Assembly (NCBI GenBank): GCA_030265395.1
Contig: JARFYF010000022.1
Coordinates: 30,938,666-31,000,514 of the forward strand
Length of the DNA: 61,849 nucleotides
Source of the DNA: Rhina ancylostomus
Taxonomy: Eukaryota
Direction of reading: 5' to 3'
Shown here: positions 1 through 11,469 of the stretch, piece after piece
Position numbering within the stretch: the first letter of the stretch is position 1
How the letters are laid out: every line of letters begins with the position of its first letter
Notes under the pieces: generated by a model
What the model was told of the DNA's origin: nothing
What the model saw: only the letters and a program-made list of their open reading frames with translations
The model's database searches: none
Program-made: the position numbers and the translations under genes

Positions 1-158
1 CCCTACAAGGATATTGGTCCCTCTTTTAAATATCACCTTTCCAAATAAATAGTTAATATTCATACTTGGTACCAAAGTAATACTGATTGGAAAAATGCTA
101 AACTGGGAGGTCAATTTAGAATTTATTTCACAGATAATGAAAGGAAAGAAATCCTCAC

Positions 159-270
159 CTTTGAAATAGGAACAGTTCCCACCGCGGATGTAGTTACTCC
201 TGTGGAGGTCTCACTGACCATGCTTTGCGGCCTTTGGTCTTTCTGTTGCTTGGACATGTGGATATTTGGT
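159..270 (-). CDS. plekha7: PLEKHA7 internal coding exon (112 nt; linker between WW2 and the PH domain)
   Basis: Acceptor ttgttttatttattgtttAG at 272/271 and donor AAG|GTGAGG at 158/157. After 1 nt it translates PNIHMSKQQKDQRPQSMVSETSTGVTTSAVGTVPISK, matching the PLEKHA7 segment PNPHMSKQ..QRP.SMVSETST. In frame with exon 18852-18935. Confidence 0.95.
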
Positions 271-1071
271 CTAAACAATAAATAAAACAATAATTTCTAG
301 ATTTAAATGTGGCTAACCTTACCATTGTTACAATTTGCACTGATTTAATCAGTGGAAGTAAATGATATGCCATAGATACAAGCTTGTGGATTATACACAG
401 AGAATATGCCCAAAGAAATAACTGCAAACCTCACAACAGAATAATAAACACATACAAAGCTTATTTTAGAAAAGGTAATGAAGTGGAACTGACTGTAAAA
501 ATAAAATCTCTAATGCCATTTATTGCTCTGAACATTGAAAACCATTCTAGCTGTTCATCATTACGTCCACTTTTTATACTTCACTGGATTATTTTGAAGT
601 GATACCTTAGACAATTTTACAGCAGAGTTAATGGCATGGTGATTATAGGCACATTGTTACTGCTGTTATCAACTTCCCATGCAAAGGTTCTGTACAGTCA
701 ACTACACACAGTAATGTGTTTCTTTCAAATACATACTCTGATACATACCACTTAGACTATATAAATGTAAAGCAGCAATGTAAACAGTTTTTTTTAATTG
801 TTATCAAACACTTCAATGAAGTACAACTTCTTTGTTTGGAACTGTTTAATTAAAATTGGGAAAACTGGCAATTCACCTTGTTATATAAAAGTGGATGTTT
901 GGTGCATTTAAATTAGTTAATCTGGAAACCCAATTTCAGGGAAACGATCAAGGTTAAATATTGCCATTGAGATGCTATTGTAACATCTAAGCACAACAGG
1001 TTTAGGAGAAGATTAGTGCTGCTCAAAAACTTAACCAGCATTGAAGTTTAATTTCTCAGTTTGTTTCTCAG

Positions 1072-1494
1072 TGTTACGTACCAGCAACAACAGAAACACA
1101 CCGAGACATGTATAAGTGTTAAAAACTACTTTATTAATAACTGCTNNNNNNNNNNNNNNNNNNNNNNNNNNNNNNNNNNNNNNNNNNNNNNNNNNNNNNN
1201 NNNNNNNNNNNNNNNNNNNNNNNNNNNNNNNNNNNNNNNNNNNNNACAATCCATACGTGGATTGCAGTGACAGTCACAGTTACTGTTTCTCATCCATCGA
1301 GAGAGAAAACAAGCAGGCTGGTCTCTCTCTCTCTCTCGTTCTTGTGTGTCTCTCTCTCTCCTTCAGACTGACCCCAACTGGTTGTCTCAAACAACAACGT
1401 CATTACGTTCTTTATCTTCTGTTGACGTAAGCATGCCACACACACGCACACACTATCTTAAAGGAACACTCACTAATAGTCATAGTCCGTAACA
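1072..1494 (-). mobile_element. Solo LTR of an LTR retrotransposon (gap inside)
   Basis: Termini TGTTACG...CGTAACA (TG..CA, 7-bp inverted). Perfect 5-bp TSD CTCAG at 1067-1071 and 1495-1499. AATAAA on the minus strand near 1130 orients it. Confidence 0.85.
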
Positions 1495-2431
1495 CTCAGC
1501 TATAAATTTTTCGTATCTCAACATACCAACAACATCAGAATACAACTCCCTAGTTTTACCCTTTAGCCACGGGCCATTTGACATAACTGAACTTTACACT
1601 GAGAAGTGGGAGGATATCTGACTTTAAGGAATTTCATTGCTGAAATTCCACCCTTACGGACAGAGGAAAAAAAAACAGATAATTCCCACTACATTAATTT
1701 AACAGTAAAGAATCTAGCAACGTAGTTTAATATGAGGCTCTATGTTAGTAGGCAATACAGATCCATAGTGCGCAACTACACACTTAAATCACTATGTCAG
1801 TGAGTACTGATAGTATTTCTGGTCTACTGAGACAATCTGCTGCTCTTTGAGTTTTCTTAATCTGGGAAGCGTGGTCAGTGCCACTCCAAATTATCATGTA
1901 TAAACACGCTACAACAGGCATCTAATGTTACCTATTCCTTTTCTTTCATTTAAATCAATATCTGACACTGTACTAACAAAAGCTAATTGAGCATTGCATA
2001 CATTATCCAAAGCAGTGGATAGATGTATGAGCACATTGTGATTAAAAGCATGTGTAATACACTGGTCAGCTGACATTTCAAGAATTGCATAGTTTAAGTT
2101 GCCTTGACACCACACTGATGTCCAAAAAAACACATTATTGGTGACTCATCAAGGGTCAATACAGAGATAGAGGATATACAGAAATTTCAGCCTAAAACAG
2201 GAGTGTCCAAGAAGTAATATTATGGAATACAGAAGTTAAAGGAACATATAGTTAAATTCAAAGCATTAATTTCAAGGTAAATTTACAAGAGTTGTTTCAA
2301 ACAATATCAACTCAAGATGGTTAGGCATTGCATTTAGGATGGATGTCAGAGAATTGTCAATGATAAGTTTCTTGGAAATTCCTTACAACATCTAAAGCAA
2401 GTGCTAATTAATTTAAAAGAAAGACATTATC

Positions 2432-2775
2432 ATGTGAGGGTTAGAGATAGGATAGGATAGAACGCAGGACACTTTCCCCCTTATCAGAGGTGAATAAAAC
2501 TAGATGACATAGAATTAGGGGTCATAAATTTAGAAGGGGATCCGGGGGAACCTTGTTCCATCCAGAGAGTGGCGAGTAGCTGGAATGCACTGCCAGAGAG
2601 AGTAGTAGAAATAAAGACGCTGATAGCATTTAAGAAGCGTTTAAATGAGCACGAATCACCGATGCAGAGAAGGCTACGGGTCAAGTGGTGGAAGGTGGGA
2701 TTAATACAGATGGATGCCCATTGGTCGACGTGGAGGTGGTGGGCCAAATGGCCTGTTTCCATGCTGTATGACTCT
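2432..2775 (+). mobile_element. CR1 LINE 3' end
   Basis: ORF2 C-terminus WNALPERVVEIKTLIAFKKRLNEH and tail gggccaaatggcctgtttccatgctgtatgactct. Confidence 0.85.
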
Positions 2776-3005
2776 ACCTCACTTTATTTAAATCTTAGAA
2801 TCAACCTACTAACAAATGAATTCAGACTTCTAGGATTCTGTTTTGTACACTGCTAATATTACTAACAATAGACCATATTCCTAATTCAAGTCATTATTAA
2901 TGGTTTAGTATACATGTTTCTTGATAACTTTAAGCAACATTTTGAAATGAGCTCTTAGTAAATTAACAAATGTCCATCCATGGAAAATTGAGACCATATC
3001 TGCTT

Positions 3006-3143
3006 CTGATGCAGGGTTTGGACCCCAAACGTCAACAATTCCTCCCACCCCCCCCCCCCCCACAGATGCTGCTCGACCCACTGAGTTCTTCCAGCAGATT
3101 GTTTGTTTCCCCATATTCCAGCAACTGCAGTCTCTTATGTCTC
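3006..3143 (+). mobile_element. Penelope-like terminal repeat fragment with degenerate hammerhead motif
   Basis: CTGATGCA-GGGT-TTGG-ACCC-CAAAC-GTC then cacagatgctgctcgacccactgagttcttccagc. Same family as the copies at 11291 and 29661-29950. Confidence 0.7.
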
Positions 3144-3288
3144 AATTTCTGCCCATAGCTGGCAATAGACATTTATCAGAATCTCCACTGTTGTGGAAAG
3201 AAAATAAACTTTAAGTTCTCAACTACCCATGCACTCTACATTTACCATGTAGTATTGCAAAACTAAATACTTAGCCACTTCTTGTGCC

Positions 3289-3700
3289 ACAAGAATAGAA
3301 GAGATAGATGCAGCAAAAAGCAATGCTGCCCCTGAAGCCTGCCTCATCATTCAATATGTTGGTTGATCCCATGTCTCCTCAGCTTTCATGCCCAATCCCC
3401 AAATCCCTCATTCACTTTAATGTCCAAAATCTACTACACATCCTTGACTATGTACAAGGACTGAAAATCCACAGCCTGCTTCAACGGTAAATTCTGAAGA
3501 TTTTCAGCCTTTGAACTAAGAACTTTCTCCTCAACAATGTCTGAAATGGCCAAACCTTTATCAAGCAACACTGCTCCTTGGATACACATTCCCAGTCTGA
3601 AACTGCTTCTTAGCATCTTCCCTGTCAATCATGCATGTCCCAATAAGCACCTCACTTTCTTATAGCTCCTAGTAAAGCTAATCTTAATCCGTATCCAATG
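3289..3700 (-). mobile_element. Old CR1 LINE 3' fragment
   Basis: Degenerate CR1 tail (cccctgaagcctgcc..cattcaata) and ORF2 end on the minus strand. Confidence 0.6.
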
Positions 3701-4558
3701 TATAGGAAAGTAAATCCACCAATTGACGAAGGCAAACTGACAGAATTTCAGAGAGCAGGAATTCAGGCAAAAGACAGCTGTTCCTTTTTCAGGCCATTCA
3801 ATTTCACACATGCTTATTACTCCCCACACTTCTCCTCAGACTTTGCAAAAACTTCTCTGAGGGCATGCACAAACAACAACAAAGTCTTCATCACATTGCT
3901 TATCCTTTTGCCCCAACACAAGGAAGTTGTTCTGAATGAGCTGAGCGAACAGAATTTAGCAGACAAGAACTAAATAAGGGTTAGGAGAAAATTCATGAGG
4001 CAATCCAAATTATAATGCTGAAAAGGCAAGCTACAACAAGGTCAAAAGCTTTTCTTCACTCTTGACATTCTTACTCATTGCTGGGATTGTTTGTGGTTAA
4101 TCAAAAAGGAGGAACAGAAGTACTTATTACAATACATCTTACTAAGTCAGATGTATTATGTACATTATTCCTGGCTTTTCTCCACGTTTTGTGTCTGTAT
4201 TTTGGCTCAAGGATAAAGATCTTATTCATGGGAACCTGCACATTTAGACTTCACTCTGCCACTAGTTATCACTAAATTACTATTGTGTTGTAATACAAGC
4301 ACAACTTATGAGGAATTCAAAGGAGTTGCAAGAANNNNNNNNNNNNNNNNNNNNNNNNNNNNNNNNNNNNNNNNNNNNNNNNNNNNNNNNNNNNNNNNNN
4401 NNNNNNNNNNNNNNNNNNNNNNNNNNNNNNNNNNNNNNNNNNNNNNNNNNNNNNNNNNNNNNNNNNNNNNNNNNNNNNNNNNNNNNNNNNNNNNNNNNNN
4501 NNNNNNNNNNNNNNNNNNNNNNNNNNNNNNNNNNNNNNNNNNNNNNNNNNNNNNNNNN

Positions 4559-4757
4559 ACATACAGCTGTGGAGGCCCGATCATTGGGGGCGTTGAAGGA
4601 GGAGATTGATAGGTATCTAATTAGTCAAGGTATCAAGGAATATGGGGAAAAGGCCAGCAATTGGGGCTAAATAGGAATAATATTAGTTGAGCTCATGGAG
4701 CAGGCTCGATGGGCCGAAAGGCCTACTTCCACTCCTGTCTTGTGATCTTGCGATGTC
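4559..4757 (+). mobile_element. CR1 LINE 3' end (5' part in gap)
   Basis: AVEARSLGALKEEIDRYLISQGIKEYGEKA plus tail ctcgatgggccgaaaggcctact. Confidence 0.88.
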
Positions 4758-5852
4758 TAGATTCATTGGAAATCACTGGGTCAGTCAAAGTTCTCCATGT
4801 ACCCATGGAAGGATAGTGATTATGTTAGGAGTGATGAGTGTAAAATTGGGAAGGAGGATAAGATTTTTATTAGACATTAAAACTGTTTACATTTCATTTA
4901 TTAGTTAGGTAAAGTGCATTTAAATTACCAATGGGAAAAACAAATTGTCTGGCTTATTTTCTGACTACGTTAATCAACATTGATAGCAAATTTACGACTT
5001 ACATTTTACATACAATAAACTCCATCCTCCAGGTATTTGTTCAGAAATTCACTGCCTGGTATGGAACTCAACAGCTCACACCTATAACGGCTAAGATTTG
5101 ATTCTCAGTTTGATCAACCAGCTGATGAGTCCAAACGATAGTTGGTTAAATAAAATTGGCTTCTACATGAAATTTGTGGTGTTGACTGTGGAGCGGGGGG
5201 GGGGGGGGNNNNNNNNNNNNNNNNNNNNNNNNNNNNNNNNNNNNNNNNNNNNNNNNNNNNNNNNNNNNNNNNNNNNNNNNNNNNNNNNNNNNNNNNNNNN
5301 NNNNNNNNNNNNNNNNNNNNNNNNNNNNNNNNNNNNNNNNNNNNNNNNNNNNNNNNNNNNNNNNNNNNNNNNNNNNNNNNNNNNNNNNNNNNNNNNNNNN
5401 NNNNNNNNNNNNNNNNNNNNNNNNNNNNNNNNNNNNNNNNNNNNNNNNNNNNNNNNNNNNNNNNNNNNNNNNNNNNNNNNNNNNNNNNNNNNNNNNNNNN
5501 NNNNNNNNNNNNNNNNNNNNNNNNNNNNNNNNNNNNNNNNNNNNNNNNNNNNNNNNNNNNNNNNNNNNNNNNNNNNNNNNNNNNNNNNNNNNNNNNNNNN
5601 NNNNNNNNNNNNNNNNNNNNNNNNNNNNNNNNNNNNNNNNNNNNNNNNNNNNNNNNNNNNNNNNNNNNNNNNNNNNNNNNNNNNNNNNNNNNNNNNNNNN
5701 NNNNNNNNNNNNNNNNNNNNNNNNNNNNNNNNNNNNNNNNNNNNNNNNNNNNNNNNNNNNNNNNNNNNNNNNNNNNNNNNNNNNNNNNNNNNNNNNNNNN
5801 NNNNNNNNNNNNNNNNNNNNNNNNNNNNNNNNNNNNNNNNNNNNNNNNNNNN

Positions 5853-6085
5853 GTAAATCCATGTTGACTCGACCCAATCCTATCATTGCTATCCAAATAT
5901 GCCGCTATTTCATCCTTAATAATGGACTCCAGCATCTTCCCCACCACAGATGTTAGGCTAACTGGACGATAGTTCCCCGTTTTCTCCCTCCTTTCTTAAA
6001 AAGTGGGATAACATTAGCCATTCTCCAATCCTCAGGAACTGACCACGAATCTAAGGAACATCAGAAAATGATCACCAATGCATCC
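5853..6085 (-). mobile_element. CR1 ORF2 reverse-transcriptase fragment
   Basis: WRMANVIPLFKK...VGKMLESIIKDEIAAYLDSNDRIGSSQHGF. Confidence 0.9.
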
Positions 6086-6187
6086 AGCAAAATGGTTAAA
6101 CTGTGCAGGAAGGGCAGATGTTAGCTATCACTGACATAAAATTTAAGGCCATGACAGGAAGTCAGTCTCCAAGCCTCATGTTAAGCA

Positions 6188-6371
6188 CCACAGAGGGCTG
6201 TGGAGGCCAAGTAATTGGGTGTTTTTAAAGGAGAGATTATTAGGTTCTTGATCGGTAAGGGGGTTAAGGGTTATGGAGAGAAGGCAGGAGAATAGAGGTT
6301 AAAAACAAATCAGCCATGGTGGAAGAGACTCGATGGGCCAAACAGCCTAATTCTGCTCCAAGATCTTATGG
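6188..6371 (+). mobile_element. CR1 LINE 3' end
   Basis: cagagggctgtggaggccaag...ggttatggagagaaggcaggaga...ctcgatgggccaaacagcctaattctgctcc. Confidence 0.85.
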
Positions 6372-6636
6372 AGAAAGCGCCAACAGCACTGGACTAAATC
6401 ATTGCTATGAATTTGTGTCTTACCATGACAAGTTGTGAAATTGAATTCAATAAATCCATGTTGAAAAAGCTGGATTATGAATCCTTCATGAGTGAATCAA
6501 TAACCTATCCTTCGTATAAGTTTTACATCTCCAGCCCCACAAATGATGGATAATTTATGAAGAAGAGTATCAAGGAAATAAGGGAAGGTACTCTTAGGCA
6601 TCAGACTGTTAATGTCAATCCAGTCAAACTCACCAA

Positions 6637-6795
6637 GTTCACTGGGAAGGTGCAACAAGAGAACACATAATAAACAGGATTCTGAAAGGACTGGAGTAAC
6701 AGAATGACCTTGCAGTGTAGACTAGAAAAGGTAGCAGGTCAAAAGGTAAAGGTCAACAAGGTTATTGAAATGTATTATCAGTTCATTTGCTTTAC
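6637..6795 (+). mobile_element. Degraded CR1 ORF2 fragment
   Basis: Decayed EQRDLGV / LKV..QV-like coding remnant. Confidence 0.45.
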
Positions 6796-6934
6796 TTTAC
6801 TAGCTGAACCAGGTTACCTATGATCACCTCTCGTTTTCCTAATCCCTCCTCATGCTGCATTCCTGCCTCCTGTCCTCCCCACTCTCTGAAGATCACAGGA
6901 ATCCATCTGGTGTTCATACATTGCACTCACTATC

Positions 6935-7562
6935 ACACAAATATATCCTTCTTCAGGTATGGAGACTAGCCACGTGTACAATATTCCAGATTATGGCCTC
7001 CCCAGTGTCCTATATAATTGAAGTAACATCTCTCATTCTTGTACCCAAATTTTCTTTCAATAACAGCCAATCTCTTAGCCTTCCTAATTGCTGGACCAAC
7101 ACATTAACTTTCAGTGATTTGTATACAAGAAGACCCATCAACCTCTCATCTTGGAAAATAAAATTCATCTCTTATAGTCTGTCTACCAAAATGGGTGATC
7201 TCTCAGTTTTTCCACATTTTATTCCATATGCCAGGTCCTCACCCTACTATTTTTACTAGGTATGCTTGAAGTCTCCTTACAACCCACACTGTCAAGCAGT
7301 TTAGTATCAGCAAACATGGATATATCATACTTGATTCCCTCATTGAAATCATTCCTAACAGCTGAGACTGCAGCACAGATCACCACCCCACCCCACTAGT
7401 CAGATCCTTCCAAATAGAAAATAACCCATTCATTCCTACAGTTTTCTGTTCGTTAACCAATCCTTAATCCATGCCGCTACACCAGTCTCATTCTCATGTG
7501 CTGAAATCTTGTTGACAACCTTGAATGGAACCTTATTGAAGATCTCCTGTAAGTACAAATTT
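6935..7562 (-). mobile_element. Degraded CR1 ORF2 (RT and C-terminal) fragment
   Basis: Minus-strand remnants of the AFDKVP, SGVPQGSVLGP, FADDTK and LYKTLVRPHLEYC-type regions. Confidence 0.7.
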
Positions 7563-7710
7563 CAACCCATTCACCAAGTTTTGCAAAGTCCTGTGCTGCT
7601 GCTGCAAAAAGCTCATTTTTATAGCATTTATACTACGACAGTAATAAAATGGAACTTGAACTTTGTTTCCCCCATATTGATTTTGCTAGTTATAACCTCA
7701 AGAAAATATC

Positions 7711-8034
7711 CAAAGTCACAGTCGAGTTTATTGTCATATGTACATGTGTGCACAGGTGCAATGAAAAACTTGCTTGCAGCAGCATCACAGGCATATAGCA
7801 TTATAGAAGCAGCATTCACAAGAAAAACATAAATTACACACAATTTTTTTTTACAAGAAAACAAAACATTATTAGAACAAAAATAAATCCATTTTAGTGC
7901 AAAGTGATCAGACTGGTCATTGTGTTGCTAGACTGTAGTGATGATTAGGGTTTTGCAGGCCAGTTCAGGAACCAGATGGTTGAAGTAGCTGTTCTTGAAT
8001 CTGCTGGTGTGGGGCTTCAGGCTTCTGTACCTCC
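7711..8034 (-). mobile_element. Rex1/Babar-like LINE 3' end
   Basis: C-terminus RYRSLKPHTSRFKNSYF; 3' UTR ending catatgacaataaactcgac. The same UTR occurs at 16968-17160. Confidence 0.75.
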
Positions 8035-8170
8035 AACAGACTTGTCGAACATTATTTCCTTTCCATAAATTAATTCGACTCTGTTCAACACTACTGTTAC
8101 TTAAATGCTCTGTTACAATTTCCTTATTAATAGATTCTGGTAATTTCCCTACTACAGACATCAAGTCTGT
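8035..8170 (-). mobile_element. CR1 RT fragment fused to the Rex piece
   Basis: LMSVVGKLPESINKEIVTEHLSNSSVEQS. Confidence 0.75.
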
Positions 8171-8199
8171 TCCACGTTTTCTTTCTCGCTTTTTTGGAT

Positions 8200-8458
8200 G
8201 CAGAGAAATTTCTTGTCTCAGAGGGTAGTGAACCTCTGGATTTCTCTGCCCCAGGGCTGGTGGAGCCCAGATCATTAGATATATTTAAAACAGAGATATG
8301 TTAATATTTGAAAAATTGAAGAATTAAGCATTATGGGGAACTGGCACAGAAGAGGAGTTGAGGCCAGCATGGATCAGCCAAGATCAGACTGAATGGCCGG
8401 GCAGGCTTGGGGGACCTGATGGGCTACTCCTGCTCCTATTTCCTTGTGTTCTTGTGTT
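8200..8458 (+). mobile_element. CR1 LINE 3' end
   Basis: ctcagagggtagtgaacctctgg...ggatcagccaagatc...ctactcctgctcctatttccttgtgttcttg. Confidence 0.85.
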
Positions 8459-8519
8459 GTGGGCTTAATCTGCTACAATCCAACCTGAAGGAACTATTTG
8501 AACATTTGGAATCTTGGAA

Positions 8520-9590
8520 AATGGCAATCAGTACAAGTACTATACTCCACTTCTTTCAGCAACCTAATACACAAGTCCCAGTAATTAATGGGCTTTCAGC
8601 TCCATTCATTTCCCCCAATACTTTTCTCTGAGCAAAGATCCTTTCCATGTATATTTACCTTTATCATCAGGGCTGCCCTTCCTCCATTTCCACCTAACCT
8701 TTCTCTTCTATAAGTATTCTGGAATATTCAATTCCAAACCTTGGGCAATTTGCAAACACATCTCTGACAGTTGCTATATTTTGTTTATTATTGTGTGATT
8801 AATTCATACACCTCTTTACAAATGCTGCACTCATGACTTTGTACTTTACCTCTGAAGTTTGTGTGCACTGTCCCTTCCCAATGGGCACTGGTTATCATTA
8901 CCTGTTTCAATAATCTGCAGTCCTTCAACTTTCCTTTAAATGATATCCCTCGTCTTTTAATTTACTAAACTTTCCCTCAGAATCACCTCCACTGCCACAC
9001 CCCTCCCCCCTTCCACACCACCAAATTGTCTAGCTTAAAGTCATATCTGCAGCCTAGTTATTTGATTTGCTCCAACACTAGTCCCAACCAGATTCAAGTG
9101 AAGCTCAGATCCAGATAGCTTCCTCCTCCCACAGGTGCTAATACCCCAGGAATTGAAACCCACTTGTCCCAGACCAATCCATAAGCCACACATTCAACTC
9201 TTATCTTATTGACCCTTTGCCAATTTTCATACTTCCCAGATGGTAATCCAGAGATTACTACCTTTATAACTAATCTATTATTAAGGAAATTGTAACAGAG
9301 CATTTAAATAACAGTAGTATTGAACAGAGTCGAATGAATTTATGGAAAAGAAACAGTGTTCGACAAGCCCATTGGAGGTACAGAAGCCTGAAGCCTCACA
9401 CCAGCAGGTTCAAGAACAGCTACTTCAACTGTCTGGTTCTTGAACTGGCTGGCAAAACCCTAATCACCCCCTACAGTCTTGCTTTTTAATTTGGATCCAA
9501 GCTTCGTTACCACAACCTCCTTTGCCCTATGTCAATGGTTCTCAGATTGACCACAATAACTGGCTTGTTCCTGTCCCACTTTAAGGAGAC
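8520..9590 (-). mobile_element. Old CR1 5' region (ORF1 esterase and endonuclease remnants), interrupted at 9272-9482
   Basis: ORF1-like LGSKLKS|..|KVVISGLP...RVNKIR, and endonuclease-like GLELNIP near 8720-8780. Confidence 0.65.
9272..9482 (+). repeat. Inverted duplicate of 7927-8136
   Basis: Hand alignment to the reverse complement of 7927-8136 gives about 20 mismatches and 1 indel over 210 nt. Confidence 0.92.
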
Positions 9591-9879
9591 ATGCTTTGAG
9601 AATAAAATGTGGCATGGTTTTGTGATAAGAGCCACACCGCTACTGGGACAGCCCTAAGTAAAGCTAGTGCCATGAGATAGTGTGATGAATTGTCTCTGAT
9701 TCAAAGCGTAACACCAAACTGTGACCTGCTGGTCCCCAGAAGTCTTCCATTAGCTGGCAGAAGGTCTGGCTCTGATATTTTTCCACTATCCATGAGGCAC
9801 AATGCGCTGTGCATGGCAGGATTTTCTGTCCAATCTACCACCACTGAAACAGACTATATCAGTAAATAGCACAAGCAGG

Positions 9880-10480
9880 CAACATTCATACAAAAGTACA
9901 ATGATAATTCTCTTCAACCAGAAAATTTCCAAATATCTGTCCCTCCCTTTAGTATTGATCCTTATTATTGCCAAGAACTCCAGGATCAACATTCTGGGAT
10001 CTCTATTGTCCAGATCCTTAAACTAACAAACCACATTAACATTGTGACTAAATCCATGTGGTACAAGCTTGATACTCTTATCTTCATTGTTCATTTGAAG
10101 ATCTCTCACCTTCCCATCATCTTCAAAACTCCATTGAAGGTGTAATGGAAATTTTACCAACACCTGGATGGATGTCAAATAGCCAAACACCATTCAGGAC
10201 ATAGTCCGCATAACCAGTGCTCTTGCCACAGAAAATTTGATAGCCTCCTTCTATAGTATATATAAAACATCAGATCACCACCATCTCAAAGTCTCCCTTC
10301 CCTTATTGTACAACATTCTGGATTCGGCCATATTAATTATTTTTCACTGAATCAGAATTGTAAAACTTCCTTCCTAACACGATTGTGGAATCATCAACAT
10401 CACAGAGACAGCAGCAGGTGAACAAAACAGACTACCATCATAGCAATGAGGAATGGGCAATAGACTGCCCAACCCTTACT
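9880..10480 (+). mobile_element. Ancient L2/CR1-group LINE 3' fragment
   Basis: Decayed RT end (INILGS...) and tail aatgaggaatgggcaatagactgcc, related to tails at 39680-39785, 33340-33400 and 54320-54410. Confidence 0.5.
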
Positions 10481-10751
10481 TGTAAATGTTTAATTCTTCC
10501 TTATAAAATAATTTTATATTTACGTGAAGTAATCATAGATTTGCTTTTACAGGATGCAGACAATAAGATTGAGATCAAATTCCCATGTTAATATCAGTAC
10601 TTATACAGTTAAGCGACACCTTTCTTCCCCCCACCCCAAACAAAATTATAGGCTCAATAACATGTTCCATTAACACATTAATTAATTGTTCTTACCACAC
10701 TGAATGATCTTTTTAGGCAGCAAGTAAAGCAAAATTAATTGTAGTCCTCAC

Positions 10752-10965
10752 CTACTTAACCAAGTTTCAGCCGCAGTAAACCAGGTGCTTATATTTTTCA
10801 TCCACCGCTGCCATAGTAACTGAGTGCATGGGATATGATAGAGCACGTGGCTGGCTCTCTGGGGCTCTATTACTGGTATTAACAGCTGCAGCGATTTGCC
10901 ATTGCAGGGCCCACAACCAGGCTCTTGTTCTGAAATAATGCTATCTGATGCCAATTAGGCTATAA
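10752..10965 (-). promoter_or_regulatory. Candidate internal promoter or alternative exon of plekha7
   Basis: Donor AG|GTGAGG at 10751, RFX X-box-like GCTGCCATAGTAAC (about 10807-10820), E-box CACGTG (10844-10849), CCAAT (10951-10955); non-repetitive. Confidence 0.3.
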
Positions 10966-11290
10966 CTGAAATCAAATCTTCTTTTTACTTCTAGAATTTT
11001 ACTATTTAAACACCAATGAATTTCTTACACTGATAACAGTACAGGAGTACAATTCTTCTTTTAAATATGGGAGATAAGGGGAACAGTGAGTTGGCAACTT
11101 GAAATAAATTATCTAGTTTCTTTGAAATACCGTTCACTTGCCATATGCTTTTGAATTATTAATAATCAAACAGTAATCTGCTTCTGATAAAGGTACATGC
11201 GCGTGTGTATATGTGTGTGTGTACGTGTGTAACAACTCAACAGGACAACAAAACTGAGAAAATTTCTCACAGGGCAATATCTTATATACC

Positions 11291-11355
11291 GAGCAACAAA
11301 CAGTCTGCTGGAGGAACTCAGCAGATCAAGCAGCATTTTTGACATCCCCTGCATA
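11291..11355 (-). mobile_element. Short Penelope-like terminal repeat fragment
   Basis: tctgctggaggaactcagcagatcaagcagcat, nearly identical to 29702-29735. Confidence 0.7.
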
Positions 11356-11469
11356 TCCTCTTCCCAAACAAAGGAGATGAAGTTGTGAATTTGTGTCTGA
11401 ACTTCCTTACGCTGCCAAGTTTTAGGACTTCATTGGGGATATTGTCACTTGTTGGGCCTTCCTTTTAAG

